Assembly (NCBI GenBank): GCA_963693055.1
Contig: OY843751.1
Location: 864,001 to 928,000, forward strand
Source of the DNA: a bacterium
Lineage (GTDB): Bacteria; Zhuqueibacterota; Zhuqueibacteria; Residuimicrobiales; Krinioviventaceae
Direction: 5' to 3'
DNA: 64,000 nucleotides
In this document: piece by piece, positions 1 to 11,197 of the stretch
How positions within the stretch are numbered: position 1 is the stretch's first letter
Layout: the number at the start of each line of letters is the position of its first letter
Notes under the pieces: model-generated
What the model was told of the DNA's origin: nothing
The model's database searches: none
Seen by the model: only the letters and a program-made list of their open reading frames with translations
Program-made: the position numbers and the translations under genes

Positions 1-2
1 GT

Positions 3-605
3 AAAAGTGAATCTGTACCCTTTAAAGAAGAAGATGACCGTGTGTTGGGACCCACAACCAAAAGCCGTTGGAGCTATTCAAGCTCTAAGGCAATTGATGA
101 GTTTTTGGCACTTGCTTACCATAAAGAGAAAAATCTTCAGACTGTTATTATGCGTTTGTTCAATACAGTGGGGCCACGTCAAACCGGTCAATATGGAATG
201 GTAATTCCACGGTTTGTAAAACAAGCGCTGACCAACCAGCCATTAACCGTTTATGGTGACGGATTACAGTATCGCTGCTTTACCTATGTTGATGATGTTG
301 TTGCCGCTTCTATTAAATTGATGGAAACACCTGAAGCTATTGGTGAAGTCTTAAACATTGGTAATGATATTGGTATCTCAATTCATGATCTTGCGGTTAA
401 GATTATTGAAATGACAGGCTCCAAATCGGTAATCAATAATATCCCATATGATCAGGCATATGAGCAGGGATTTGAGGATATGAAAATCCGCAGACCCGAT
501 TTGAGCAAAGCCAACAAGTATATCGGATACACCCCCAAGGTGCAGTTGGATGAAATTCTTGAAAATGTGATCAAATATTTCCGAGAAAACGAGAATATAC
601 TGTAA
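3..605 (+). CDS. NAD-dependent epimerase/dehydratase (extended SDR, nucleotide-sugar), 5'-truncated by window edge
   Basis: Frame open to window start (KSESVPFKEEDDRVLGP); YxxxK motif (YSSSK), RLFNTVGPRQ and RCFTYVDD typical of extended SDRs. Confidence 0.9.
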   Translation, partial: KSESVPFKEEDDRVLGPTTKSRWSYSSSKAIDEFLALAYHKEKNLQTVIMRLFNTVGPRQTGQYGMVIPRFVKQALTNQPLTVYGDGLQYRCFTYVDDVVAASIKLMETPEAIGEVLNIGNDIGISIHDLAVKIIEMTGSKSVINNIPYDQAYEQGFEDMKIRRPDLSKANKYIGYTPKVQLDEILENVIKYFRENENIL

Positions 606-639
606 ATTTGAAAAAACATGCCGAAATATGCAATAGCGC

Positions 640-950
640 AATGTGGATAACTTGTCAATAAATTGATTTTTTTAAAGTCAAGAGTTTTTGTCAGAAAAAT
701 TACCAATCATTTTTTAAATTACAGGCCGTTAAACCTGTGTTAAGTGATTGTTAATATTGGATAACCTTGTAAGGTGTTGTTAAATATCGACTTGCGATAC
801 CGAACGTTTGTTCGGATTACATTTTTGTTGCAAAATTTTGAAAAAGTACTTGAATACGCTTGATTTTATTATAAATGTTACAATTTGGAACTTAAAAGTT
901 TCGTAAAATGCTTGCTAAAAATGTGGATAACTTGGGGATATCGTGGATGA
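640..950. promoter_or_regulatory. Cluster of DnaA boxes in AT-rich intergenic region (candidate oriC or DnaA-binding locus)
   Basis: Perfect TGTGGATAA (reverse complement of TTATCCACA) at 642-650 and 922-930; co-oriented degenerate boxes TGTCAATAA, ATTGGATAA, TGGGGATAT, CGTGGATGA. Confidence 0.55.
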
Positions 951-993
951 GTTGGTTGATGGTTGCATCTGTTTATCATAATTTGAACGCAGA

Positions 994-2514
994 TTGGATG
1001 ATTTTATTATGGTTATGAGCGATTTGATCTATCTTTTTGTTTTTTTTATGATTTTATTCGGCCTGGTAATGACTGCAGATTTTATTAGAAAACGGCTTGG
1101 CTGGCCTCCGGAATCGACACGCAAGTTTGTTCATATTTTTGTGGGAATTGTGGTTGTTTATACTCCATTTGTTTTAAGCAGTATGTGGCCCATGATTATA
1201 CTTGGCAGCTTGTTTGCGGTACTTGATTTGATTGCAGTGAATAAAACCTGGTTCACAGGTATGCATGGCACCAAGCGGCATTCATACGGAACTGTTTTTT
1301 ATCCTGTTTCTTTTGTTGTGTTGGTTTACTTTTTTTGGGAACGCGACCAACTCGTATTGATAACGGCGATGATGATCATGGCGGTTGCGGATGCTCTGGC
1401 CGCAATTGTGGGAGAGCGTTTAGGAAAATCAACATTGATGGATATTGGGCTCGAAAAAAAGTCATGGGCCGGAACCATTACCATGATGCTAACTTCAGCA
1501 GCAATTACCTGGTTGTGTATCCATTTTGTTGGTTATCTGAGTCCGGCTGTTGTTTTACCAATGCAAATGATCTGGATCGCTTTAATGGTCGGAACAGTGG
1601 CTGCAGCTTGTGAAATGATTTCTTTGAACGGTTCTGATAATCTTACCGTACCTTTAGGCACAGCGTTTGTGCTTGAATACCTGCTGTACAATAGTCAATC
1701 TTATATGATGCATTTTGCATTAGGAATGGTGCTGGCGTTGATAGTCGCGCTGTTGTCTTTTCGGTTCAAATTTCTTGATGCGGGTGGTTCTGTAGGTACT
1801 TTTCTTTTGGGAACACTGGTTTTTGGAATTGGTGGGTGGAGTTTTACTTTACCTATATTAACATTTTTTGTATTATCCAGTTTAATTTCAAAAATAGGCA
1901 AACGCAGAAAACAAAAGCTGTTACAGGTTTTTGAAAAAAGCGGTCAAAGAGATATATGGCAGGTGCTAGCCAATGGAGGTGTGCCGGGACTGCTGGTTAT
2001 CGTGTGGAGTTATTATCCGCACGATCTGGTATATCTGTTTTATGTCGGTGCACTGGCTGCGGTAATGGCAGACACCTGGAGTACGGAAATTGGTGTTTTG
2101 TCAAAACAGGAACCTGTCTCTGTTATAACGTTTAAAAAAGTAGATATGGGAACTTCGGGCGGAATTACCCTGTTAGGCACAGTGGGAGGATTGCTGGGTG
2201 CGTCGATCCTGGTGTTTACAGGTTGGCTTAGCGGACCGCATTCATCACCAGCTATTGTAGGTGGACGAGAAGTTGTTATTCTGGTTGCAGCAGGTCTGCT
2301 GGCTGGTTTGATTGACAGCGTTTTGGGTGCAACGGTTCAGGCTAAATTCAAGTGTGTCGAATGCAAAAAGATTACTGAAAAAAAAGTGCATTGTAATAAT
2401 ATAGCCACTCAACACGACAGTGGATACAGATGGATCAACAATGATGTTGTAAATTTATTCTGCGCAATCAGCAGTTCAGGATTTATCCTGCTCTTTTGGT
2501 TGTTACTATATTGA
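994..2514 (+). CDS. Membrane protein: phytol/dolichol-kinase-like (cytidylyltransferase family) domain fused to DUF92/TMEM19 domain
   Basis: RKFVH, ADALAAIVG, KKSWAG and DNLTVP (polyprenol kinase) followed by RDIWQVLANGG, ADTWSTEIG, GTSGGITLLG and NNDVVN (DUF92). Confidence 0.85.
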   Translation: MDDFIMVMSDLIYLFVFFMILFGLVMTADFIRKRLGWPPESTRKFVHIFVGIVVVYTPFVLSSMWPMIILGSLFAVLDLIAVNKTWFTGMHGTKRHSYGTVFYPVSFVVLVYFFWERDQLVLITAMMIMAVADALAAIVGERLGKSTLMDIGLEKKSWAGTITMMLTSAAITWLCIHFVGYLSPAVVLPMQMIWIALMVGTVAAACEMISLNGSDNLTVPLGTAFVLEYLLYNSQSYMMHFALGMVLALIVALLSFRFKFLDAGGSVGTFLLGTLVFGIGGWSFTLPILTFFVLSSLISKIGKRRKQKLLQVFEKSGQRDIWQVLANGGVPGLLVIVWSYYPHDLVYLFYVGALAAVMADTWSTEIGVLSKQEPVSVITFKKVDMGTSGGITLLGTVGGLLGASILVFTGWLSGPHSSPAIVGGREVVILVAAGLLAGLIDSVLGATVQAKFKCVECKKITEKKVHCNNIATQHDSGYRWINNDVVNLFCAISSSGFILLFWLLLY

Positions 2515-2608
2515 AATAATGTGACAATTTTTTCTCTTTTTCTTTTCATAAAAACATGTTATATTAGATTTTTAATATATTTTAGATATATGAATAATAA
2601 AATAATGA

Positions 2609-3922
<1,314 letters not shown>

Positions 3923-3936
3923 TATTTGTTATTTAT

Positions 3937-3967
3937 GGCCCTGGGAATTTCCCAGGGCTTTTAATTT
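3937..3967 (+). terminator. Rho-independent terminator after eno
   Basis: GCCCTGGGA-ATT-TCCCAGGGC stem followed by TTTTAATTT. Confidence 0.75.
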
Positions 3968-3982
3968 AAACGATAAAGTGAT

Positions 3983-4285
3983 ATGAGAGTACCGTATTCA
4001 GACAAATTGCAAGCTATTCTCAAACCTTCAGTGTTATATTGGGGTATAATACTGACAATCGTTTATTCTTTTGTTTTTGGTAACACCGGGTTTATAAAGC
4101 TCTATCGATTATGGAATGAAAGCAAACGTTTGGAAAAAGAAATTACTGTTGCTCAAAAACAAAATGAATTTTTAAAGCAGGAGGTTGAGCAGCTATCCGA
4201 TCCTAACGATTTATCACGTATTGAGCTTGAGGCCAGAAAACTGGGGATGGCAGCAAAAGATGAAGTGGTCATTATGGTAAGATAA
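3983..4285 (+). CDS. ftsB: Septum formation initiator FtsB/DivIC family
   Basis: TM helix + FGNTG + coiled coil + IELEARKLGM; conserved eno-ftsB adjacency. Confidence 0.8.
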   Translation: MRVPYSDKLQAILKPSVLYWGIILTIVYSFVFGNTGFIKLYRLWNESKRLEKEITVAQKQNEFLKQEVEQLSDPNDLSRIELEARKLGMAAKDEVVIMVR

Positions 4286-4312
4286 GACAGTCTGTCGATT
4301 GCAAAGGTCATC

Positions 4313-6235
4313 ATGAAAGGAATTGCCGCATCTAACGTCAAGCCAGTGCATTCTGTTGCTATCGGCTTATTTTTCAAGTGTATGATTGCGGTTTTTTGGT
4401 TTATAGCGGTATCCCCCAATTCAAATTTATTTCCCCAAACAGTTGGTTTACTATATCCCACAGGTAATGGCAGTAGCATCCGTTTTAAGCAGGAATTTAA
4501 TACTTATATCTGGAATTTTAATGTCAATGCTTTTCAAATTGTTCACAATCGATGGCAGTTTAAAATTAGTGAGAATTTTAGAACGTCTCTTTTAAACACC
4601 AGTTCAACCGTGGATAAATGGAAGGACGATCAGACTTTGGATGTAAGGTTGAACTATTTGTTATCTTCTCAATTTACCTTGAATTCACGTGTTAATTCTG
4701 TCGTTTTTATGGACAAACAATCCGGATTTACCAATGATATTCGTACCCATTATGGAAATATCGGATTAACTTATACTCCCACTAATAATATTATGGCTTC
4801 TATCGCTGCCGGTCCCAAATGGGACAAACGCTATGAACAAAATGATCAGGGTTATAATTATTCTATCCACACCCAGGCCATTGATCTCGATTGGGACGAA
4901 TATCAGAACAGTCTTGATTTTGTTTTGGAAAATGAAAAATATGAAAAACGACAAAATTATGACGTGAATTTAAATTATACAGCGTTCCGCGAATTCTCTC
5001 CCGGTACCCGGGATTCTTTGACTGTATTTACCAATAATCAGCGCAGGGACAATTACACTTCTTTTTCAGGTGATATAGAAAGTTTGCGAGAGCAGGTTAG
5101 GGGTATCAATAATACATTAGGTTATAAAATTGGTGACCATGTGACCATGACTTTGAACAGTGGTCTCTATTTTAAAAATGTAGAAATTTTATCTTTTTTG
5201 AATCAAAATGAGGAAAAACGACGTAAAAGGAATGATCAGAGAATCAGTCAGGATGTTTACTGGCATCTCAATTATCCTGGTTTGACAAACTATTTACAGT
5301 TTTCATACTGGACACAGAACCAATCGTATGATATTGAGTTGACAAATACCAATGTGCCTTTTTCACAACGCACGGCTTTTGTAACGCCTGACAATGAGAG
5401 CAGCCGGATTATGATGGTTGGTGGTTTAGGTAAAAGTATAACTAAAAAGGATTCTTTATATTCATATGTATCTATAAGTAAATACCAATATGATACACCA
5501 GATACATCAAATTTTGATGACCGTGATGAATTGCGCATAAACTCAAGAATTATTGCATTTCACAATTTTAATGCTATATTGAGTATGGAACTTCAGGCCA
5601 GTTTAAACTTGTATCATATGGTTTATATCTTTGGTGAAAGAAGTGCAGATAATAATTGGAACCGGATTTTTATGTTAAGACCAGTTTTTCATGTAACGCC
5701 CAATAATAGGTTTAGACTGCGTCAGTCATTTGAAGTACTTGCGAATTATGTGGATTATGATTTTGATGACATGTATACACAAACAAAAAGTTTTGTGTTC
5801 CGCAAGTTTTCTGTTGATGATTCGTTGCAGTACCAGGTATCTCAACGTACGGTGTTCCAAATGGATTATCGTTTGCAGCTGGAAGAAAATGGACAGCTCT
5901 CATGGGATGACTGGACAGAAAGAGTACTGGTTACCCGTAATAAGCAGTGGTTACATGCATTATATGGTTATGAACCCAAAGAGTATTTTACGATAAGCTC
6001 GGGTTACAGCTATTATATTCGGGAAGAATGGCGTCATAATACTACTGTTGAAGGTATAGAAGAAAAGGAAAAATTTGGAGTATATACAAGCCAGGGCCCC
6101 ATTTTAAGGTTCCTATATGCCCCGTCAAAAAGGACCCGGTTAATTCTCGATGCAGTGAGATATAAAGTAAATCCCCCGGATCAGACGGAATATTACATTA
6201 ATAATATAGAGTTACAATTAAACTGGATCTTTTGA
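4313..6235 (+). CDS. Hypothetical outer-membrane beta-barrel protein
   Basis: Alternating amphipathic beta-strands rich in Y/N/S/D, C-terminal aromatic residue (LQLNWIF); start uncertain. Confidence 0.65.
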   Translation: MKGIAASNVKPVHSVAIGLFFKCMIAVFWFIAVSPNSNLFPQTVGLLYPTGNGSSIRFKQEFNTYIWNFNVNAFQIVHNRWQFKISENFRTSLLNTSSTVDKWKDDQTLDVRLNYLLSSQFTLNSRVNSVVFMDKQSGFTNDIRTHYGNIGLTYTPTNNIMASIAAGPKWDKRYEQNDQGYNYSIHTQAIDLDWDEYQNSLDFVLENEKYEKRQNYDVNLNYTAFREFSPGTRDSLTVFTNNQRRDNYTSFSGDIESLREQVRGINNTLGYKIGDHVTMTLNSGLYFKNVEILSFLNQNEEKRRKRNDQRISQDVYWHLNYPGLTNYLQFSYWTQNQSYDIELTNTNVPFSQRTAFVTPDNESSRIMMVGGLGKSITKKDSLYSYVSISKYQYDTPDTSNFDDRDELRINSRIIAFHNFNAILSMELQASLNLYHMVYIFGERSADNNWNRIFMLRPVFHVTPNNRFRLRQSFEVLANYVDYDFDDMYTQTKSFVFRKFSVDDSLQYQVSQRTVFQMDYRLQLEENGQLSWDDWTERVLVTRNKQWLHALYGYEPKEYFTISSGYSYYIREEWRHNTTVEGIEEKEKFGVYTSQGPILRFLYAPSKRTRLILDAVRYKVNPPDQTEYYINNIELQLNWIF

Positions 6236-6263
6236 TCTGGTATTTTGACTTGGAGAAACGGGA

Positions 6264-6698
6264 TTGAACAGGAAAAAGGAAAATATTGAGCTGATGGAAA
6301 TCGTCAGTAAACCTGAAAATATTAATCAGGTTGAAGCAAGAACCGAACATCTGGCTAAAGAATTGGGCTTTAATGAAGATGATTGTGTAAGCTTGGGGAT
6401 TGCTGTAACCGAAGTCGTTGCAAATGCAATAACGCATGGCAATAAAAGGGATCAAAACAAAAAAGTTAAAGTTAAATTTGTTTTTACTGACAAGGTTTTC
6501 GAAATACACATCAGAGATCAGGGACCCGGCTTTAAACCGGATTCCATAGATGATCCTTTAAAACCTGAAAATTTGTTAAAAGAAAGTGGACGAGGTATTT
6601 TTATTGTTAGATCTTTGATGGACAAGGTTGAATATAACTTTTTTAAAGATGGTAGTGAAGTTGTCCTAATTAAAAACATTCCTTCCCCCAAAAAGTGA
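6264..6698 (+). CDS. Anti-sigma factor / Ser kinase RsbW (HATPase_c_2)
   Basis: EVVANAITHGN, DQGPGF and ESGRGIFIVRSLMD motifs; GGAG RBS before TTG. Confidence 0.9.
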   Translation: MNRKKENIELMEIVSKPENINQVEARTEHLAKELGFNEDDCVSLGIAVTEVVANAITHGNKRDQNKKVKVKFVFTDKVFEIHIRDQGPGFKPDSIDDPLKPENLLKESGRGIFIVRSLMDKVEYNFFKDGSEVVLIKNIPSPKK

Positions 6699-7900
6699 TT
6701 GGTAACATATTGAAAAATTTGGTGCAAACTTTTTACCTGAATATATTTTTTCTGTTTGTATTGTGTATTGGTCAGGTTTTTGGTCAATTTGGATATGAAA
6801 AATTTGATGATGACCCTTATACAGAATACAAGCCTATTGATTTTTTCTCCCAACCCTATTACAATCGGGTAGAGGGAGTTGTATTACATGGCGGTGTTTT
6901 TTTACGCCAGGTACCCGTTTTACCCATCGTTACCAGTGTAGAACTTGCATTTGCAACCCGAACAAACAGCTGGCATTACAATTTTGGCTTGCAGCAATGG
7001 TTGTTTACCAATAGACGGCGTATGTTGTTGCGTTTGAATTTTTTTCAAGAAACACGCACAAATGACTCCTGGAAAATTGGGCGTATGGAAAATTCTCTTG
7101 CAGGTGTGTTCATGCATGAAGATTTTCATAATCATTATGCTGTAAAGGGATTTAGTATTGCCGCGGATCAAAAAGTGTTTCGCAGGAATTTATTAAGAAT
7201 TATTTATTCTCAGCATCGATACTCTAGTATGCCTGTTAATACCAGTTTTGCCGGTTCTTTGTTTGACTGGTCAAAATCTTATGCACCTAATCCTGCAATT
7301 ACGGAAGGGGATGAGCATAGTGTTCAGGTGAGGATGCTGATTGATGAACGTGATAATGCGTTTTTCCCAACAAGTGGATTTTATTTTGAAGGAGTTTATG
7401 AACGTACTTTTGGAGATTTTGAAACCAATGGTATCTTTATAAATTCTGTAATTTATTATCCTACAATCAATACACAGAAATTTATTCTGGTGGGTAACCT
7501 GGGTTTACGTAAAGGCAGCTTGGCTCGTCAACATTTGATGACAATTGGAGGGATAGGTAGTCTGCGTGCTTTTCCGGACAATTACCACATTGGTCAAAAT
7601 CTGGTCATGTACCGAATTGTGTACCACTTTGGCGGGTATTTTTTTCAAAAATCTCCGTTCAAATACATGCCTACCAGTGATGCTGCTTCTTTTGCTGTTT
7701 TTTGGGAAAGCGGAAATGCCTGGTATGCCGACAAGCCCAAAAGACGAATATATCATGGTATTTTTAAACCCCAACTTTTAGGTGACGCGGGAATGTCATT
7801 GTTGTTAGCTGATGGTATTTTACGTGTGGATATTGCTCGCCAATTACTGAATGGTGATGGAGACTGGCGTTTAACTTTTAGACTTTTTAACAAACTTTAG
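6695..7900 (+). CDS. Omp85/BamA-TamA family outer-membrane protein (no clear POTRA domain)
   Basis: YNRVEG, IDERDNAFFPTSG, IGGIGSLRAF and GILRVDIA barrel motifs. Confidence 0.75.
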   Translation: MIGNILKNLVQTFYLNIFFLFVLCIGQVFGQFGYEKFDDDPYTEYKPIDFFSQPYYNRVEGVVLHGGVFLRQVPVLPIVTSVELAFATRTNSWHYNFGLQQWLFTNRRRMLLRLNFFQETRTNDSWKIGRMENSLAGVFMHEDFHNHYAVKGFSIAADQKVFRRNLLRIIYSQHRYSSMPVNTSFAGSLFDWSKSYAPNPAITEGDEHSVQVRMLIDERDNAFFPTSGFYFEGVYERTFGDFETNGIFINSVIYYPTINTQKFILVGNLGLRKGSLARQHLMTIGGIGSLRAFPDNYHIGQNLVMYRIVYHFGGYFFQKSPFKYMPTSDAASFAVFWESGNAWYADKPKRRIYHGIFKPQLLGDAGMSLLLADGILRVDIARQLLNGDGDWRLTFRLFNKL

Positions 7901-7906
7901 GCATTT

Positions 7907-9223
7907 ATGCGTTTTACCTTTTTCTCAATAATTTTGTTTCTCTTGCTCGTTAGCTGTACTTATTCTCAGGATTCTCAGCTTGATGATTTGGATGAAGAAT
8001 TTGAATCATTAATGATCTTGGGATTTGATGTGATTGGAAATACCTATACCAAAGACATTGTGATTACCCGCGAGTTGAAAATGCAGATAGGTGAACTTTA
8101 TGAAGAGGATCGTCTAATTGAAGACCAGAAGCGTATTCAAAATCTTAATCTTTTCAGTCGGGTCGAAATAGTTCCGGTATTTAATCCGGATGGTGTCATT
8201 ATACAGATCCTGGTATCTGAACGCTGGCATATTTTCCCATACCCTATTTTGTACAGAAACGAAAGGGATTGGAGTAAACTTTCTTATGGGGCCGGAATTT
8301 TTCATGATAATTTTAGAGGTTTGCGTAACTTTGTCAATACTTCTTTTTGGTTTGGCTACAACCCCGGTATGGATGTTTATTACTCGAATCCCTGGTTTGG
8401 CGGCAAGCACAAGCTGAATTACAAGTTTTCGGCATATTCCAGAACCATTCGAAGCAAGGGGCTGGCCTATGATCGTTTTGATGAAAAACATCATGGAGCT
8501 ACATTAACCTTGGGCAAGCGATGGGGATACCATCTTTATTTATCCATGTCTCTGGGGTACAGACAGGTATCTTTGCCGACCGAGTACCGGTTTTTAAATT
8601 ATTCCAATAGTAAAACAGATAGACTACCTTCCGTTGGTTTTGCTATCAAATACGATAAACGTGATTTGTGGGAATATCCTAAAAGTGGATTCTTTGCTGA
8701 GTTATATGTTAATAAAATTTCAAACGCATCATATATTGATTATTTAAGATATGGAGCCGATTTACGGAAATATTTTAATGTGTTCAAAGATGTTTCTATT
8801 GGTTTTTATGGACGTGCTGATTTGTCAACCGGCAGTGTTCCGTATTATGACAAGATTTATCTGGGTTACGCCTACCGCATTCGCGGCGAGTTTGATACCC
8901 GTATGGAAGGAGATAACAGAGCCATTGGGCGAGTAGAGTTGCGTTTCCCCATTATTCCTATAAAATATTTTGATTTATCAGAGCAGGGTTATGATTTTGG
9001 ATCTTACAGTAATAATTTACCATTTGGCTTAAGCGGAGGTTTGTTTGTTGATTCTGGTACAACTTGGTTTAAAAGTCAAAGCATTACTGATCAAGCCCGT
9101 TTAAAGGGTTTTGGCCTGGGTCTGCATTTTCATGTTCCATATGTACAATTGCTGCGAGTAGAATATGCATGGAATTCAGATTTTGAACCGCAGTTTATTA
9201 CTGATATAGGAGTTGCATTTTGA
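7907..9223 (+). CDS. Omp85/BamA-TamA family protein with one POTRA domain
   Basis: GNTYTKDIVITRELK POTRA, NFRG, YDKRD...PKSG, IRG loop and C-terminal IGVAF. Confidence 0.85.
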   Translation: MRFTFFSIILFLLLVSCTYSQDSQLDDLDEEFESLMILGFDVIGNTYTKDIVITRELKMQIGELYEEDRLIEDQKRIQNLNLFSRVEIVPVFNPDGVIIQILVSERWHIFPYPILYRNERDWSKLSYGAGIFHDNFRGLRNFVNTSFWFGYNPGMDVYYSNPWFGGKHKLNYKFSAYSRTIRSKGLAYDRFDEKHHGATLTLGKRWGYHLYLSMSLGYRQVSLPTEYRFLNYSNSKTDRLPSVGFAIKYDKRDLWEYPKSGFFAELYVNKISNASYIDYLRYGADLRKYFNVFKDVSIGFYGRADLSTGSVPYYDKIYLGYAYRIRGEFDTRMEGDNRAIGRVELRFPIIPIKYFDLSEQGYDFGSYSNNLPFGLSGGLFVDSGTTWFKSQSITDQARLKGFGLGLHFHVPYVQLLRVEYAWNSDFEPQFITDIGVAF

Positions 9224-9951
9224 GCCGGATGCATTTTCAACAGTACTTTGTGGAACCCCAAAATGTTTCTCAAAATACCCTTGTTCTTGATGGTGATGAA
9301 TTTTATCATGCTATCAGGGTTATGCGTATGCAGGTGGGAGATTTTATCTCTTTGACTGACGGTCAGGGACATATCTATGAAGGTGCAATATCTGCGATTG
9401 AAAAAAGATCATTAACCGTCGATATCCAAAATATTTTGCATAACGAGGGAGAACCTGCTTTGCAATTGGTACTTGCAGAGGCTGTATCAAAAGGAAGCGG
9501 ATTCGATTGGGTTGTAGAAAAAGGGACCGAAATAGGAATCAGTGTTTTTCAACCCATTCTAACTGAAAGATCGGTTGCCAAGCCGGAAAAAATAGACAGA
9601 TGGCAAAAAAAGGCCCTTGCCGCACTAAAGCAATGCGGCAGAAGCAAGTATCCAGAGGTTAAGCAACCTGTAGCTTTTAAAGAATGTTTAAACCAATATC
9701 AAAACAGTTTGTTATTTATTGCCCATGAAAGTCATCGGGGTGCGCCTGTTGATGATATTCGTCAAGCTGTAGCTGACAATCAACAGGTAGTATTATTTAT
9801 AGGTCCGGAAGGTGGTTTTTCCAAAGCAGAATTTGATATGGCAATTCAGTATGATGCTATTCCACTAAATTTAGGCTCCAGGCGGTTACGCAGTGAAACA
9901 GCAGCACTAGTCGCCGCGATTAAACTTTTAGAATATGCTGGCGATTTATAA
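9220..9951 (+). CDS. rsmE: 16S rRNA m3U1498 methyltransferase
   Basis: HAIRVMR, EKGTEIG, QCGRS, IGPEGGFS and LGSRRLRSETA motifs. Confidence 0.96.
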   Translation: MSRMHFQQYFVEPQNVSQNTLVLDGDEFYHAIRVMRMQVGDFISLTDGQGHIYEGAISAIEKRSLTVDIQNILHNEGEPALQLVLAEAVSKGSGFDWVVEKGTEIGISVFQPILTERSVAKPEKIDRWQKKALAALKQCGRSKYPEVKQPVAFKECLNQYQNSLLFIAHESHRGAPVDDIRQAVADNQQVVLFIGPEGGFSKAEFDMAIQYDAIPLNLGSRRLRSETAALVAAIKLLEYAGDL

Positions 9952-9978
9952 TAGACTCGTAAAAATACAGGAGGATAT

Positions 9979-10320
9979 ATGGATTGTATTTTTTGTAAAA
10001 TTGCTCAAAAAGAAATTCCCGCAACCATTGTTTATGAAGACGATGATGTAGTTGCGTTCAAAGATTTAAATCCTCAGGCACCCACACATACGTTGGTAAT
10101 TCCTAAAACACATATTGAAACTCTTAATGATCTTGAAGCCGAAAACGCAGAGTTGGTTGGTAAAATGGTACTTGCGGCAAAAACAATAGCTGCTGAATAT
10201 GGTCATGCAGACGCCGGTTACCGACTGGTATTGAATTGCAATGATGATGGCGGACAAACTGTTTTTCATATCCACTGTCATATTTTAGGTGGAAGAGTAA
10301 TGCAATGGCCTCCAGGTTAA
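9979..10320 (+). CDS. hinT: Histidine triad nucleotide-binding protein
   Basis: CIFCKI, GQTVFHIHCH (HxHxH) and WPPG C-terminus. Confidence 0.95.
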   Translation: MDCIFCKIAQKEIPATIVYEDDDVVAFKDLNPQAPTHTLVIPKTHIETLNDLEAENAELVGKMVLAAKTIAAEYGHADAGYRLVLNCNDDGGQTVFHIHCHILGGRVMQWPPG

Positions 10321-10417
10321 TTTAAGTCAAAAATACCTTGATTTTAACCTGAATTTTTTATAATTTACAAGTTGAATATAAACATTCAAAAACTTAGGAA
10401 AGGAGGTCGAGTACTTT

Positions 10418-10612
10418 ATGCCTGGAATCAGGGTAAGAGAAGGTGAACCCTTTGAGAGAGCGTTAAAACGTTTTACCAAATCTTGTGAAAAAGCGGGTCT
10501 GATGTCTGATATAAAAAAACATCAGCAATATGAAAAACCCAGCGAATCTAAACGTCGTAAGGCTAATGTTGCCCGTCGAAAGATGCGCAAATTGCAAATG
10601 ATGGAAAGATAA
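10418..10612 (+). CDS. rpsU: 30S ribosomal protein S21
   Basis: ALKRF...YEKPS motif; GGAGG RBS. Confidence 0.97.
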   Translation: MPGIRVREGEPFERALKRFTKSCEKAGLMSDIKKHQQYEKPSESKRRKANVARRKMRKLQMMER

Positions 10613-10651
10613 TTTTTTGGTAATGATGTTGCCGTTTTAATTGGAGAAAAC

Positions 10652-11098
10652 ATGAGTTTTTTAACTCAGTTAACTGAAGATATGAAAGCCGCAATGAAGT
10701 CAGGCGATAAAGAACGTCTGGGTACAATACGTCTATTGCGGGGACAAATTAAAGATGCTTCTATTGACAAGCGCAAAGAGCTTGATAAAGATGAAGAATT
10801 GGCTGTTTTAACCAGTGCCGCTAAAAAAAGACGCGAGTCTATTGAGGCATATAAAGCAGCAGGCCGCGATGACTTGGCTGACAAGGAACTAGTTGAATTA
10901 AAGATCATTGAAACCTATTTACCTGAACAGTTGTCTGAGCAGGATGTCGAAAAAATTGTGGATGAAGCAATTCAAGAGACGGGTGCGCAGACCATCAAAG
11001 ATTTAGGCAAGGTCATGCCGGTAATTATGTCCAAAGTCAAAGGACGTGCAGATGGAAAATTGGTTAGTGAGCTTGTTAGAAAAAAACTGAGTATATAA
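10652..11098 (+). CDS. GatB/YqeY domain protein
   Basis: DMKAAMKSGDK, KRRESI, YLPEQLS and GRADGK; rpsU-yqeY synteny. Confidence 0.95.
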   Translation: MSFLTQLTEDMKAAMKSGDKERLGTIRLLRGQIKDASIDKRKELDKDEELAVLTSAAKKRRESIEAYKAAGRDDLADKELVELKIIETYLPEQLSEQDVEKIVDEAIQETGAQTIKDLGKVMPVIMSKVKGRADGKLVSELVRKKLSI

Positions 11099-11197
11099 GT
11101 TGAAACGACAAATTTTGAAAGTGGATAGAGTTGGGTTTTTGGCCTATATTCTTTATTCACTTTTTTTTATTTAATATCATGCTAGCGGATTAAAATT

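Noticed and set aside
10338-10364. TTGATT...TATAAT promoter upstream of rpsU
   Set aside because: Spacer counts as 15 nt and the region is very AT-rich; not confident enough to call.
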